This document shows positions 29,907 to 50,651 of a stretch of DNA of 64,000 bases, in pieces. The notes beneath the pieces are model-generated. The model had not been told where the DNA came from and did not search any database. It saw nothing but the letters and a program-made list of their open reading frames with translations. Position numbers and translations under genes: made by a program. Origin of the DNA: Guillardia theta CCMP2712 (lineage: Eukaryota > Protista > Cryptophyta); contig NW_005434645.1 of NCBI RefSeq assembly GCF_000315625.1, forward strand, positions 233,925 through 297,924, written 5' to 3'. Positions within the stretch are counted from its first letter, which is position 1. Every line of letters starts with the position of its first letter.

Positions 29907-31003
29907 CCAGTATGCGCTCAGGCTTGGCCGACGAGCCTTGAATGTTTGGCAACACATTCCGTCCTTGACGAGCGACCAACAAAGTTAGACTTTTAGTTGC
30001 CAAGACATCAAATGCTCTGTAGCGACAATCAGTGTGAGCTCAGCCAATGCTTCGCTTTTTGGTGATCATGTGTCAATTCGACCAGTTGCGCCTATGAAGC
30101 TTGCATGACAACAACGGCATAGACTTCTTGAAAGATCAAGAGCAGTAGAGCCGGATCAGTCGAACAAGAATGACAGCCTCTGTGTATGGGAGACGAGGCC
30201 AATGAGGTCAATAAAAGACTGAAAGGGCAAGGGAAGATTTTGAACTCGTAGACAACAGTGAAAGACGACTAGAGGACAGTGGTGTAAACGATGATGTCAG
30301 TGAGAGGAGGAGGAGGAGGAGGAGGAGGAGGAGGAGGAGGAGGACATAGTATACACAGGTCAGCGACCACGGGTCTGAGGAACGACCGACCTCTCCGGAG
30401 TCGACTTGACCACCTTGAAGAGTGTGGAGGAGACGTAGTTTGGGGGGGTAGGGGTACTCCGTGAAAGCGTTGGATTATTTTATATGGGGGTGGGGTACAG
30501 ATAAGAATAGTCATTCAGTGAGGTAGGGTACTGCAAGAGTACCCCATGGTTACAGGAAATAGCTGACTATTGAGAGGGGGTGAAAAAGAAAAGATTTGGT
30601 GTGTAGGAATTACGATCCTTGCTGACAGGGGGTGGGGTGGGCAACCACGGGGGATAAAATGCTACTTATCAGGCGCTGTCATGGCGGGCGTCGTTGGGAA
30701 GCGGGAAGCAAAAGACGATGACCCCAGACCATGCTTGCAAGTAGGGATGAAAGATGATGGTAGGAAGGAACTGAATCAAGTGGGGCGAGACAGAAGAAGT
30801 GTGAAGAAAGATTTGAAATATTATTTCGCAACTTCCGTCCCTGGCGAGACTAGTACTTCACTGTGGTAACATTGATCGTTGGAAGGAGCAGATACCCTCA
30901 GATCTCTCTTCGACTTGGAGCTAAATTCAACCAAATATCATCGCAAGCTCTATGTTGAAGACTTCTCATGTTTGAAGGCGATTACTACTGAATCTACGAA
31001 CCC

Positions 31004-34000
31004 ATGCAACTCTTTGTAGTAGGCTGCGGACAAACTCGAGTGATCACTGTCGATCCGTCTTCCAGTGTGAGCACACTCAAGGAAAAACTGCAAGATCAGC
31101 AAGAAGAGTTGTGTAATCTCCAGGTTTGGTTGACGCATGCAGGCAGGGGACTGCATGATAGCCGCACTCTCACTGAGATTGGGCTGATCAATGGATCGAC
31201 ACTGTTTGCAGCGTACAAGTCCTTGGGGGGAGGATGCGGACCGAGCAGACTGTTCAGTGCTGATGCCAAGAAGCAGAGAGGAAAGGGGAGGCACAGAAGC
31301 TCGAGGCTTCGATCGCTATCCATCTTTGATGAGAGGGACCTGGACGAAGGGTCCAAGGTTGCAGCACAGCGCCTTGCCTTCCTAGAGATGGCAGAGCAGA
31401 TTGCTACGGACAGCTCAGACATCAACCTTGAGTCCGTGCCTGGTTTTGAGATCCCTCGTGTGCTTCGGGAGGGCTGGAGGGAGATGCTGCGCCCTGTTTC
31501 TGACGAGCCGAGCGTTCCTCACGAGGTTTCCGAGGAAGGATGGATTCTCCGCGGTTTGGTGGGAGGGGATCAGGCGAGCTCCAGCAAGGCTCTGACGAGC
31601 AGCTTCGGCGTGAGAGTTTTCGTCACCTCCTTGGAGGACAGCGAGTGGGAGAGGAACTTTGTGAGGAAGGACCTGGTTCCGTTCTGGCAGGAGATGGCAC
31701 GATTAAATGGGGTGTATCTTGACGTCTGCGAGAACCGATGGGGGATCGACGTCGATTTCAGCAATGCTCACTCGTTCGAGGAAATCAGTCTGAACGAGCT
31801 TGACCTGTCACAGCGAAGAAGTTTGCGTTTCTGCCACATTCTGATCGTCGGGCAAAAGTACGGGATCAGGTCGTTCCCAACAAGAATCGCGAAACAGAGG
31901 TTTGAAGACCTTCTCAAGACCATCGATAACGCGCATGACAAGAAGCTCCTGAAAGAATTCTTTGCGCTTGATATCAATCAAGAACAGGTGGAAAGATTCG
32001 ATGGGGGAATTGGCAAGGGACCAAGCTACGTGTTGCAGCTGAACAAGATCGATGAAAATTGGAGGAGGACATTTGAGAGGATCCGGATTATTCTCAGCAA
32101 CGCTGCTAGGATGATATCGTCAATAGACTCTTCGCATGGTGGGGGCAGAATCAAAGATGACGACATGAAGATGATGATGCTTGGTATGATGGAACGAGAG
32201 TTCACGCATGGCGATGTCAGGCAAGAGGTGTATATGACCAACCTTGAAAGAGTTGTTTTCAATCGCAAGATTCTCGGATTAGATGCAGCTAAAGTCTCTC
32301 ATCCCGCTTTTAAAATTTTTGTGGACGTGAATGAGTCCGGGATGATTGATGTGGACTCCCAGCAGATGTTGTCTAAGTTCTTGGACTCGATGCCAGGAGC
32401 GCTGGAGCGGCATGAGTATCTTGTGAACGATTGGAATGAGATGTCGGGATTGAATCCCTTGGAGAGTTTGGAGCATGCCAACTATCTAAAGAAGTTGTGT
32501 GATGAGATGTGTTCTGTGGTCAGCAACCTTATCTTGGATGCAGCTCGGGCTCGAAGAAGGTGTCATAACCATGTCGTCGAAGAGGTCAAAACACATCTGA
32601 ATTTTGTTACAGAAGAAGCCCAAAGATTCTGCTCCAATCCAGACACAGATCACATGATCGACAATCTACGCAAGTATCTCGACCTTACCACGATCAACAG
32701 TGATAATCATATCTTCTACATCTCGGGGCCACAAGGGTCAGGGAAGACCGCCCTGATGTGCAAAGTTGCTAAGGAAGCGATCAACGCAAATACCTCAGGC
32801 TGTGTGGTCGTTCGGGTTGTCGGGGCTTCCAACAGGTCCAAGACGCAGATGGGTTTGCTGAAGAGCATATGCCAGCAACTGCGATCTGCCTACAGCAGGA
32901 CTGACGAGGATTTCTCTGTTATCACCTTCCGCGATGTGGTGGCTTACTTCCGCAAGGCAATCAACGACTGGCCGAGCCAAGTTTGCCCACTCACAATGTT
33001 TATCGACGGAGTCGATGAACTTGACCAGAGATACTCCGGGTCCCATCTCAACTGGATCCCTCTAGGCCCTCTCCCTGACTGCGTCAGAATGGTCCTGTCG
33101 TTCGGCAAACCTGAGAACCATCACGATCAAAGTCATCGGAAGAGCCTGCCGTTGCTCTCGGGCCATCCGAACAAGCTGATCCTCGAAGGCGTCAGTGACG
33201 CCAAGGCCTTCTTGTCCTGCTGCCTGAAACGCGAGGGCAGGAAGATCACCAACGAGCAGTGGTCGGAGGTGTCGGATGCCTTCAACCGCAGGGAGGACAT
33301 GGTCTGTTCCACCTTCTGGCTGTCGCTCGTCGCCTCTACGGTACAAGACTGGCCGTCTTTTGGAGGGGTGGTGCATGCTATCAACCCGTCTGTGATCGGG
33401 CTGCTGGTGGACTTCTTTGAGGGACTCCAGGTCAAGCACGGGAGGGAGCTGGTCCGGTCTTCCCTCGCGTTCATCGCACTTGCCGGCCCGCAGTACCTCG
33501 ATGAGACGGAGCTGTTTCATCTCCTCTCCTTGGACGACGATGCCCTTGCTGAAGCTTACTTCTGGGCTGTGCCGCACGTGCGGGTCATCCCCCCGTTCTT
33601 GGTGAAGTCGCTGCTGCACGACCTGCGGCACCACCTCTATCGATTCTCCGACGGGGATCACATGAAGTGCGTCGCCTACAGGAACGAGAAGCTGGCGGAA
33701 GTCGTCGAAACTTGGCTGTTTGGAACCTCACGGGGATTCAAGGACAAGATCGAAAGGCACAGCCAACTTGCTGACTACTTCGATGGCACATGGAGCAAGA
33801 GAAGGAAGCCTTACACAGGGCAGCTGCTGAAGCTCCTGAAAGACACGTTCAACGAGCTGAAGGGAGATCGATTGGTTCCCCGTCAGCCTATCGTCCTGTA
33901 TGGCACCATCTTTTCTCCTCCAGGGGAGCGAGTACTCAACTACCGCAGGATTCACGTGCTGGTCCACCACCTCATCGCATGCCGAGATGAGCGCAGAGCC

Positions 34001-36139
34001 GTTGCCGAGCTCTGCTCCCTCGAGTACATGACGGCAAAGATGCTTGCCGACGGAGTCGTCGAGCTCCTGCGAGAGTGCTCGCATGCTCTCAAGGTCTTCC
34101 CGGACTCGGTGGTCGCGCTGCACGAGGTCAAGGGCTTCATAGGCAGGAACCTCGAGATATGGCATGCGCCGCCTTGCCACAACGTCTCCTTCCAGCTTGC
34201 CTTCCAAGAGCCCGACCGGTCTGCCGTCCTCCGCTGCTTCCGCGAGAGCGAAGTCTTCAGCGGGAACTTCGGCTCCATGCTCTTCGTTGACTGGCTGAAC
34301 AAGCCGCTCGTGTCGCACCCCTGCACGCTGACGGTTCAGGAGCATGAGGACGCGGTCATGGCTGTTGCTATCTCGCCTTCGGGAAAGCTCTTGGCCTCCT
34401 GCAGCACAGACGGGACGGTCGTCATCTGCAGCAGTACAACAGGCGACGTCCGTGCCGTCATCCGTGGACACTCCGCACAAGTCTCCTCCGTGTCCTTCAG
34501 CCCCAACAGCGACCTCCTGGCGAGCGTCGGGTGGGATCAGAGGATGTGCATGTGGAGCACGAGTACCTGGAGCAAGCAGGGCGATGCTCACTCCTTCACG
34601 AGCAACCTCAACACCGCGTCCTTCTCCTCTAACTCGTCGTACATTGCAGTAGCTGGAGGAGAGCTGGGAGGGAGCGAGGAGGCGATCTTTGTGTCCTACG
34701 CTAAGACCGGGGAACTGAAGGCTACCCTAGCTGGGCATCAGGCAGGCATCACGTGCGTGCAATTTCATCCAAGAGACGAGCAGCTCCTTGCGTCCTCGAG
34801 CTACGACGAGACCGTTAGAGTATGGAACCTCTCCACCCACCGCCAACTCATCGCATACACAAAGCATGCAGACTGGGTCCGGGCGGTTTGCTTCAACCCC
34901 TCCTCCTCCAGCGAGCTAGCAAGTGCCGGGGAGGACAGGGTGGTGCGAGTATGGGACTTTCACTCAGGGGAGGACCGGCTCGTCCTACGAGGGCATGCAC
35001 GTGAAGTCCATGCGGTGGCATGGACGAGGTGCGGGGGGTTCCTAGTGAGCGGGAGTGAAGACAAAAGCATCCGAGTGTGGAGCTCCAAGGGCGGGGAGGT
35101 GCACGCGATCCTGAGGGGACACGAGAAGGGCATCAACTCGCTGTGCTTCAATCACAACGGCAAGATCCTGGTGTCCGGGTCGAGCGATCGCGCCGTCAAG
35201 GTGTGGGTGGTGGACAAAGACCGGCAGGTGGTAGAGGAGGAGGAAGCGCACGCGGGGAGAGTCTACAAGATCGCCTTCAACCCCCAGGACCCGACGGTTG
35301 TAGCGTCGTGCAGCGCAGACAAGACCATCCAGGTGTGGAACTTTGAGACGGGAGCTGCGACGAGTGCGGGGCTGGGAGGGCACACGGACTACGTCCTGGA
35401 CGTCGCCTTCAGCCCGCACGACCCCAACTTGCTGGCCAGCTGCAGCTCGGACACGACAATCCGACTGTGGGACGTCCAGAAGTTCCGTGTGATCCTCCCT
35501 CCCCTCACCGGCCACAGCGGCGCCGTCTGCTGCCTTCTCTTCCATCCTAGCGACCCGGCCGTGCTGGCGAGTGGGAGTTCCGACAGGACCATCAGGGTCT
35601 GGAGCGTCACGGGGGGTCACCTCAGGAGGACGCTGAGGGGGCATGACAGCGGCGTCGCATCCCTGGCCTGCAGCTTGTCGAACCCAAACCTGCTGGCGAG
35701 CGGAGGGCAAGACGGGAGGATCAAGCTCTGGCACTTCCTAGAGGGATCCCCAGCAGGGGTCGACCTGGTGGGGCACGAGGGCTCCGTGAACCACCTGCGG
35801 TTCACAGAGGCAGCGAGTCGGCTCATCAGCTGCTGTCAGGGAGGGCGGGTGAGCCTGTGGGACGTTTCCTCCTTCTCCTGCCTCCTCCGCTGGGACTCCA
35901 AGGCTCAGCTGACCTGGACGTCGGAGAAGTTCGTGCTTGCGTGCGAGCAGGGGAACATCATGGTATACAACCTCCCGTCGGGGCCCGAGGCCTCCTGGTC
36001 CCCCCGGGCCTTCTTCAAGTCCCCCAACGCCATCGTTGCCATCGCCTGCTCGGGGGATCAAGTCTGTGTGGCCGACGAGTCGCGCAAGCTGCTGCGAATG
36101 CGGTTGACGAGGGACGGCAGTAGGAGGAGGTTGTTGTAA
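31004..36139 (+). CDS. ubiquitin-like + DUF4062-like + NACHT (STAND) + WD40 repeat protein (NWD1/NWD2-like), intronless, 1711 aa
   Basis: Ubl MQLFV...KSLGG (76 aa). DUF4062-like VRVFVTS...ERN...RWGI. Walker A GPQGSGKT; Walker B MFIDGVDEL. More than 10 GH...WD/WN repeats. Confidence 0.93.
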   Translation: MQLFVVGCGQTRVITVDPSSSVSTLKEKLQDQQEELCNLQVWLTHAGRGLHDSRTLTEIGLINGSTLFAAYKSLGGGCGPSRLFSADAKKQRGKGRHRSSRLRSLSIFDERDLDEGSKVAAQRLAFLEMAEQIATDSSDINLESVPGFEIPRVLREGWREMLRPVSDEPSVPHEVSEEGWILRGLVGGDQASSSKALTSSFGVRVFVTSLEDSEWERNFVRKDLVPFWQEMARLNGVYLDVCENRWGIDVDFSNAHSFEEISLNELDLSQRRSLRFCHILIVGQKYGIRSFPTRIAKQRFEDLLKTIDNAHDKKLLKEFFALDINQEQVERFDGGIGKGPSYVLQLNKIDENWRRTFERIRIILSNAARMISSIDSSHGGGRIKDDDMKMMMLGMMEREFTHGDVRQEVYMTNLERVVFNRKILGLDAAKVSHPAFKIFVDVNESGMIDVDSQQMLSKFLDSMPGALERHEYLVNDWNEMSGLNPLESLEHANYLKKLCDEMCSVVSNLILDAARARRRCHNHVVEEVKTHLNFVTEEAQRFCSNPDTDHMIDNLRKYLDLTTINSDNHIFYISGPQGSGKTALMCKVAKEAINANTSGCVVVRVVGASNRSKTQMGLLKSICQQLRSAYSRTDEDFSVITFRDVVAYFRKAINDWPSQVCPLTMFIDGVDELDQRYSGSHLNWIPLGPLPDCVRMVLSFGKPENHHDQSHRKSLPLLSGHPNKLILEGVSDAKAFLSCCLKREGRKITNEQWSEVSDAFNRREDMVCSTFWLSLVASTVQDWPSFGGVVHAINPSVIGLLVDFFEGLQVKHGRELVRSSLAFIALAGPQYLDETELFHLLSLDDDALAEAYFWAVPHVRVIPPFLVKSLLHDLRHHLYRFSDGDHMKCVAYRNEKLAEVVETWLFGTSRGFKDKIERHSQLADYFDGTWSKRRKPYTGQLLKLLKDTFNELKGDRLVPRQPIVLYGTIFSPPGERVLNYRRIHVLVHHLIACRDERRAVAELCSLEYMTAKMLADGVVELLRECSHALKVFPDSVVALHEVKGFIGRNLEIWHAPPCHNVSFQLAFQEPDRSAVLRCFRESEVFSGNFGSMLFVDWLNKPLVSHPCTLTVQEHEDAVMAVAISPSGKLLASCSTDGTVVICSSTTGDVRAVIRGHSAQVSSVSFSPNSDLLASVGWDQRMCMWSTSTWSKQGDAHSFTSNLNTASFSSNSSYIAVAGGELGGSEEAIFVSYAKTGELKATLAGHQAGITCVQFHPRDEQLLASSSYDETVRVWNLSTHRQLIAYTKHADWVRAVCFNPSSSSELASAGEDRVVRVWDFHSGEDRLVLRGHAREVHAVAWTRCGGFLVSGSEDKSIRVWSSKGGEVHAILRGHEKGINSLCFNHNGKILVSGSSDRAVKVWVVDKDRQVVEEEEAHAGRVYKIAFNPQDPTVVASCSADKTIQVWNFETGAATSAGLGGHTDYVLDVAFSPHDPNLLASCSSDTTIRLWDVQKFRVILPPLTGHSGAVCCLLFHPSDPAVLASGSSDRTIRVWSVTGGHLRRTLRGHDSGVASLACSLSNPNLLASGGQDGRIKLWHFLEGSPAGVDLVGHEGSVNHLRFTEAASRLISCCQGGRVSLWDVSSFSCLLRWDSKAQLTWTSEKFVLACEQGNIMVYNLPSGPEASWSPRAFFKSPNAIVAIACSGDQVCVADESRKLLRMRLTRDGSRRRLL

Positions 36140-36465
36140 ATAGTGTGAGAGTGAAATGAAAACGTAGGTGAATTCACTTGCTCGGACTCGCCGACTCCCC
36201 CAGTGAAGACCCGGCGGTTGTCCCCAGTGTCACACACTGGGGACCCACCCTACTAATTCCCGCCCCCGCCATCCCCGCCATCCTCCCCGCCTTAGACAAC
36301 TTTCTCTTGGGCCGCCGCCGGCCGCCGGGCCGGGGATTCTGGGGCCCGGGCGGACGAGGCGGCGGCCAGCCCGGACCCGGCGCTGCCCCTGACCCGGGCG
36401 GCCAGAGCCCCGGCCCGTTCCAAGTTTGGAGGGGGATGAGGGGTGGTGGCAGTTGACAAGCGATC

Positions 36466-41979
<5,514 letters not shown>

Positions 41980-42159
41980 NNNNNNNNNNNNNNNNNNNNN
42001 NNNNNNNNNNNNNNNNNNNNNNNNNNNNNNNNNNNNNNNNNNNNNNNNNNNNNNNNNNNNNNNNNNNNNNNNNNNNNNNGAGAGAGGGAGGAGGAGGAGG
42101 AGGGTAAGAGGAGAATGGGGCCGGGAAAGGAAAAGAGGGAGGAGCTCTGGGGTCTAACT

Positions 42160-42545
42160 AACCCGCAGGCCCTTCTGCAGCCTATCCTTGATGATTGTGC
42201 CCAACACGGCCATACTCCTCTCCGTCAAGATGTCCTGCGCAACCCCCACTTGTCATCCTCGCTCGTCAACAGAGATTCGGAAGCACCTCGAGCTCTGACA
42301 GCTGGTCCTGAAGGAACCTTGACATGACGAAAGGAATTGTCTCGTTCTGCCGTCGCGCGTCATTCTCACCTCCTCCTCCTCGGGCGCACAGAGACGGGAG
42401 GGAGAGAAGCATCGGGGGTGTAGTGATGGATCGGAACGAGAGAAGACAAGACAACAGTTGAGACAACAAAAAACAGACAAGAAGACGTGTACATGTTGAA
42501 TTAAATCAAGACCAGAGGAGAAGGGGCAGGGGCAGGGGCATGAAA

Positions 42546-42613
<68 letters not shown>

Positions 42614-44135
42614 CTATCAGCAGTACGCAGCACCGCAGGCCCCACGAGCATCACCTGCAACTTAGCGATGAAATTCTTGACATCGAATGCTGGATCGTCT
42701 TTCTTGATCTCTCCCTGCCGACTCGCGTCATAAAGTTGCCGCAAACGCTTCTCACGAGCTCCCGACCATGCAGATCGAGGTCTCGCTCTCTCCGAACACC
42801 CTGCGGCAGCATGTCAGAGGCCGTTGACGGCAAGCTTCTTCCATCCATCATGCAGAGCACAGGGACTGCGTTCACAGGGCCGGAAACCGAGCCAACAGGA
42901 TCACTCAGGGTACACAGTTGGGAACCTGTCTCCGAGGCGGTTCGACACTTCACTCGCCGCACTTGCGACAGCCTGCCCTCCTGCAGGCTTCATCAGGCTA
43001 CCTCGTGGCCCCATCGCCCGCCCTCACCTGTCATGATCGGTCCAAGGAAGGCACTCTCGCGCAGCTTCCTGACTCTTCTTTCCCAGGCAGTCTCCTGGTA
43101 GATCGCCACATCTTTCCGCACACCATCAGCAACACGACATGAACCCAGCCATGCTCGGGCTGTACCGAAAGTCTCCTTGTCCAGTGGAACTCCTTCGACG
43201 GGCCCCTTCCCTCTTGAGTCTTCTCCCAGCGCCTGCGAACCAGGGCCCGTTTAGCAACAAGACACCGTCCCCTCCTCCTTCGACTGCTTACCTCACGGAC
43301 GGACTTGCCGAGACGAGAGTCGTAGATCTTCTGCTCCAACTCCTGACTCCTCTTGTCGAGCTTCTCTTGAGCATCGATCACACTCTGTGCTGCCTTCAGC
43401 GTCGCCCGGCCTGTTCGCAAACCCATCAAGACAAAGAGGCATCGAGACTAGGAGCACACCGACTGCCTGCACTGCGGGTTGCTCGGCAACTTTCCCAATG
43501 GCTCCTCCAACCTAGAACTATGTCAGAAGACCACTCCTCTCCCTCCATCCGTCTCTGCATCGATCAACTCATTAATCCATCCCTCCTTCCCTCCATCCTC
43601 CCAGCTCCTCTTCAGGAAGTTACCGCACTGAGTCCTGCGCCGATGGTGAAACCGACTCTCTCACGGGTGGGACGTGTCTGCTGTTCGAGCTCGTCGGCTC
43701 GCTTCTTCGCCTCCTCAGCAGCCTTGTGAGCTCTTTGAATCTACAAGCAGGCAGTTAAGAAGCGACGGCAAGCATCATCATCGCATCTTACAGCAGCCTC
43801 AGCAGCGGCAAGCGCCTCTAATCTGCTCTTCTCCAATCTCTCCTGCGCTTCTTTCAAGGAAGGATCTTGAGACTCCCGCTGCTGCATTTGATCTTTGACG
43901 CTCTTCCAGAAAGTCTCGAAGAAACCCTTGCCAGCCTTGGGCACCTCTTCCTTCGTCTCCTCCTTCTCCTTCTTCTCGTTCGCAAGAACCTTCGCTGAGC
44001 AGGAGCAACCGAGTAGCCGCTGAAGGTCTTCACGCTCTTGGGGACGCTAGAAGCTCGGACCCTGTTGAACGCGGCGACCTCCGGAGAAATGCATACCCTG
44101 GAGAGACAAGAAGCCAGCCTGACACCTCGCTGCAT
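42160..44135 (-). CDS. TIM44: mitochondrial import inner membrane translocase subunit Tim44 (3' end in the N gap)
   Basis: Arg/Ser-rich presequence MQRGVRLASCLSR; GFFETFWKSVKDQM; EIKKDDPAFDVKNFIAKLQ; TIPFVMSRFLQD; AVLGTIIKDRLQKGL. Confidence 0.8.
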
Positions 44136-45629
44136 ATTGTTCTGACGGAGGATAAGAAACCTGAGGGATACGATTGGTTCAGAAGACTCGATGGAACTCA
44201 TTCACAGTTGATTTCACTTCTGAGAACACGTCTCAAGATCCAGAGATGAAGTCCATCCTCACTCCTCCACCCTGTCCGAGTACTGCTATGAAATCTCTGG
44301 CAAGCATCCTGCCCCTGCCCGTCCCTGCTTCTAAATCTCCAACTGCCCCTCCAACTTTCGTCTTCATCAAAAATGTCCCGCCCCCAATCTCAAAATACTC
44401 GTTCCTTTCGCCAAGACGATCCCTCTGATTTCAGCCCGCGCAATTCAGTTTCCATACAACCTCCGCCAAGATACTATAGTGGGAGTCTAAGATGGTGATA
44501 TGAGCATCAAAGCACTACATGCCGACGTTCAATCCACTCCCTCCCTGCTCCCCCTCGCTCTATCACACCTTATCCATCTCATCTGCTGTTCCCTATCATC
44601 TCAGGCCATGAAATGCGATGTCCTGGCTCTTCTTCGTCTCCTCTTCCTCTCTGTCTTCCTTCCTCCTCCTCCTCCTCCTCTCCTCTTCTCTGCTTCCTCT
44701 CCCCGCTGTCCATCTCAACACGTGCATGGTGAATCTGAAAGAAGAGCGTGTCCTTTTCATTTTCCGACATGGGGTATTTGAGCAACAAAATTGAAGATAT
44801 TTTTCACATATTCCAGTAACTTTTTAAATTTAAGAATTAATTTATTGAATATTTGCAAATATTTGAGAAAGGTCTCAAAGCATGATAAATCAGATTTGAG
44901 CTCTATGCGTCCTATTTGTTGGTGCGGCTGACAGTTAACAGGGTGGGGATCTTTGCGGAGGGTGGTGTACTATTATTAAGGGGTGTAGTCAACAGGATGT
45001 GGGTAGGGGTACGTCTGTACCACATAATTCTATGTTGCAACATGGGGTGCAAAAAGGTAAAATGGGGTCAAATACTTGATACTACGGGTATGAATCTAGA
45101 AGGGCCTATCGTTGAGGGTAGGGGTACTCTCGTGGAGGGTACTCATGACAAGGGGGTGGAAGTCTTGTCAGACTTGGAAGTGAGTGGGTGGGGGTACAAA
45201 AGTACGGGTAGCAATCCCTTGTGTCCATAGGTGAAATGAAGTAAAGAAGCCGGTAGGGTGGTAAGAGCAGGGGTAGGGAACAGGTGTGAACTTGCAATGT
45301 ACAGAACTGCGCGTAGGATGAGTGGAAGATGGAAGACAAGAGGAGAAGAGAAGTGGGAGAGATGAAGACAAGGACTAGGCTGAGGAGAAGGACGAAGAGG
45401 GGAGGAAGCAAAGAAAGGAACACTGAGGGAGGGGGGGAGAGGGGGGGAGAGGGCGACGATGAAGGGAAAAGGAGAGGAGCGAGACGACAGGGTAAAAGCT
45501 GGACCTAAAACGGGGTTCCCAGAGGATANNNNNNNNNNNNNNNNNNNNNNNNNNNNNNNNNNNNNNNNNNNNNNNNNNNNNNNNNNNNNNNNNNNNNNNN
45601 NNNNNNNNNNNNNNNNNNNNNNNNNNNNG

Positions 45630-46906
45630 ACATGAGTTCGAGGAGAGAGGATCGCAGTCTTGCAGCACGAAGATGCCTGGAGGACAAAGGAACATGGAAT
45701 CGATGTGCATGCGTTGAACAAGAAGGGCTATGGGAGATGATGAGACCTCGATCCTTCACGTCTGACGGATGTACTTGCTAGGCAAGCATGGACCAGGGCG
45801 AGCATGACGCCATGGCACCCGAGGGTGAAGGGTCGCACAGAGATCCGTGGGCAGAGAGGCTGCAGATGCTCGGGATGTCGGACGACTTGATCCTCAAGGC
45901 AGCTCGTGCTCTCGGGTAGTTGGCTTCCTCTGACCCCTCCGAGCGCAGGTGTTTGCTAGGGTGGACGACCACCCGCTCCTGGCCTGCTGCTCGAGGTTGA
46001 ATCGCAGGTTGAGGCAGGTACGTGGAGGATGGAGGGGAGCTCGTAGTGCTGCATGCGTCCTCTGAAGTTTCCTCGCTCGGGCAGCTCCTCAACGACGATT
46101 CCCTGTGGGAGAACATCTGCCAGCGAGTCATGCGGGGGAAGCAGCCGCCGCAGAACGGTTGGGGAGGGAGAGTGCGGAGGACGGTGGTCAGCTGACAAGT
46201 GTGCAAGGGGTGAACTTCCTGCCCGAACCGGGAGAGAGCTACAAGCAAGTTTTCCTCAGGATCCTGTGCGATGGCGACGGAGCTTGGAGCTGAGAGGTCT
46301 TGACTTGCGTTGGCAGGTACGACGTGTCGCGGCTCGAGATCAAGCGGGAGGAAGTGATCAACAGCTCGTGGAGGTTCTACTTCTGCTCCGATATGGTGGG
46401 TGGCGGCCAAGAGCAGGGGGTGGGGGCTGACATGGAGGCTGCAGTACTTGTACCATGCTTCTCCCGAGCAGGCAGCACTTCGAGACTCGCGGTCTGCCCG
46501 GGCCTTCTTTTCATCCGATGGGATCTTCATGAGGTGAGGAGCAGCAGCAGGATCAGGAGAGGGGGGAGGAGGAGGAGGAGGAGAGGGAGGGAGCAACAGG
46601 AGGAGGGAGCAGCAGCCGCAGCAGCAGCAACAGGATTTATGGCGCTGATGGCTGCTCGGTATCCAGCACTGTTCCCGGGGCTCCATCGCAGCGATCGACA
46701 CTCAAGTGGCAGGTCGGCAACTTCTGCCTTGACCTGACCGCCAGGGTGTGTGACGTTTGTGTGCTTGGAGCAGCTGCTGCTGCGGTCGGAGGATGAGTCG
46801 GGTGCGCTTGCTGGGGGATCGTGGAGCGTGCTGGGATGTGATCAGGAGGCAGGCAAGGGAGAAGGGAAGCTGTGTAGCTCGGAAGAGCGGGGAACACACT
46901 TGCAGG
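45630..46906 (+). CDS. putative F-box-like protein (partial model)
   Basis: LGMSDDLILKAARAL...LGQLLNDDSLWENICQR...ESYKQVFLRIL...IKREEVINSSWRFYF resembles an F-box followed by a protist/plant-type C-terminal domain. Both ends are uncertain. Confidence 0.5.
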
Positions 46907-47599
46907 TAACTCGTTCTCCTGCTCTCCTCGCGTGTCTGAGAGCTCGAGGCAGATTGGTTCTTATCCGGTGCTGAGCGTGACGAGGACGCAGAGTTGGGGC
47001 TGGTGCCTGGTAGGCAGGAGGAGAGGGGAAAGGCGGGGGGGGGGGGGAAGTTGGGGGGAGGGAGGGGGTTCTAAGGGGGGGGCAAGGGGCCGAACTTAGC
47101 TTTGGGGGGGAAGGGAGGAGGGGAGGGGGGGGGAGATGGATGGGGGTAGCTTGCTCGCGCTGAAATGTTGTGCAGGCGAGCAAATTTGTTGTGCTGGTTT
47201 CGGAGAATTCTCCTGATCAGAAACCTGGGCAGCAGGAGATGTTGCTGGGCGAGCTGAGGGCCACATGACACGGTTTGCTGCTGGAGTGTTTTGATCGTGA
47301 TCGGTAGAGATAATATGGACTCACTCATTATCGGATGCACAACTGAGGAGGGAGTGATGTGGGTTGAGAGGGGCGCGGGCAGTGGCAGGGGAAGGGAGCA
47401 AAGGATGAACTTTGGAGTCTTGTACTGAACTTATGATACATCTCATCTCCTCTTCCCTTCTTCCTCCCGTGCTCGTCAGTGCCACGTCAGGCTTGCTGTG
47501 GGAACATTCAGCAGAGGAGAAGAGTCTCGTTGTGCTTTCGGCCTTTCAGATCTGTTCGCCAACTCCTCTTCCAGCTGTCGAATTCCTGATGATTTAATG

Positions 47600-50651
<3,052 letters not shown>

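Noticed and set aside
33062-36061. Long antisense ORFs opposite the NACHT-WD40 gene
   Set aside because: Shadow ORFs expected from GC-rich codon usage.
41980-42079. Apparent truncation of TIM44 and the ankyrin gene
   Set aside because: Both run into an assembly gap, so this is not evidence of pseudogenisation.
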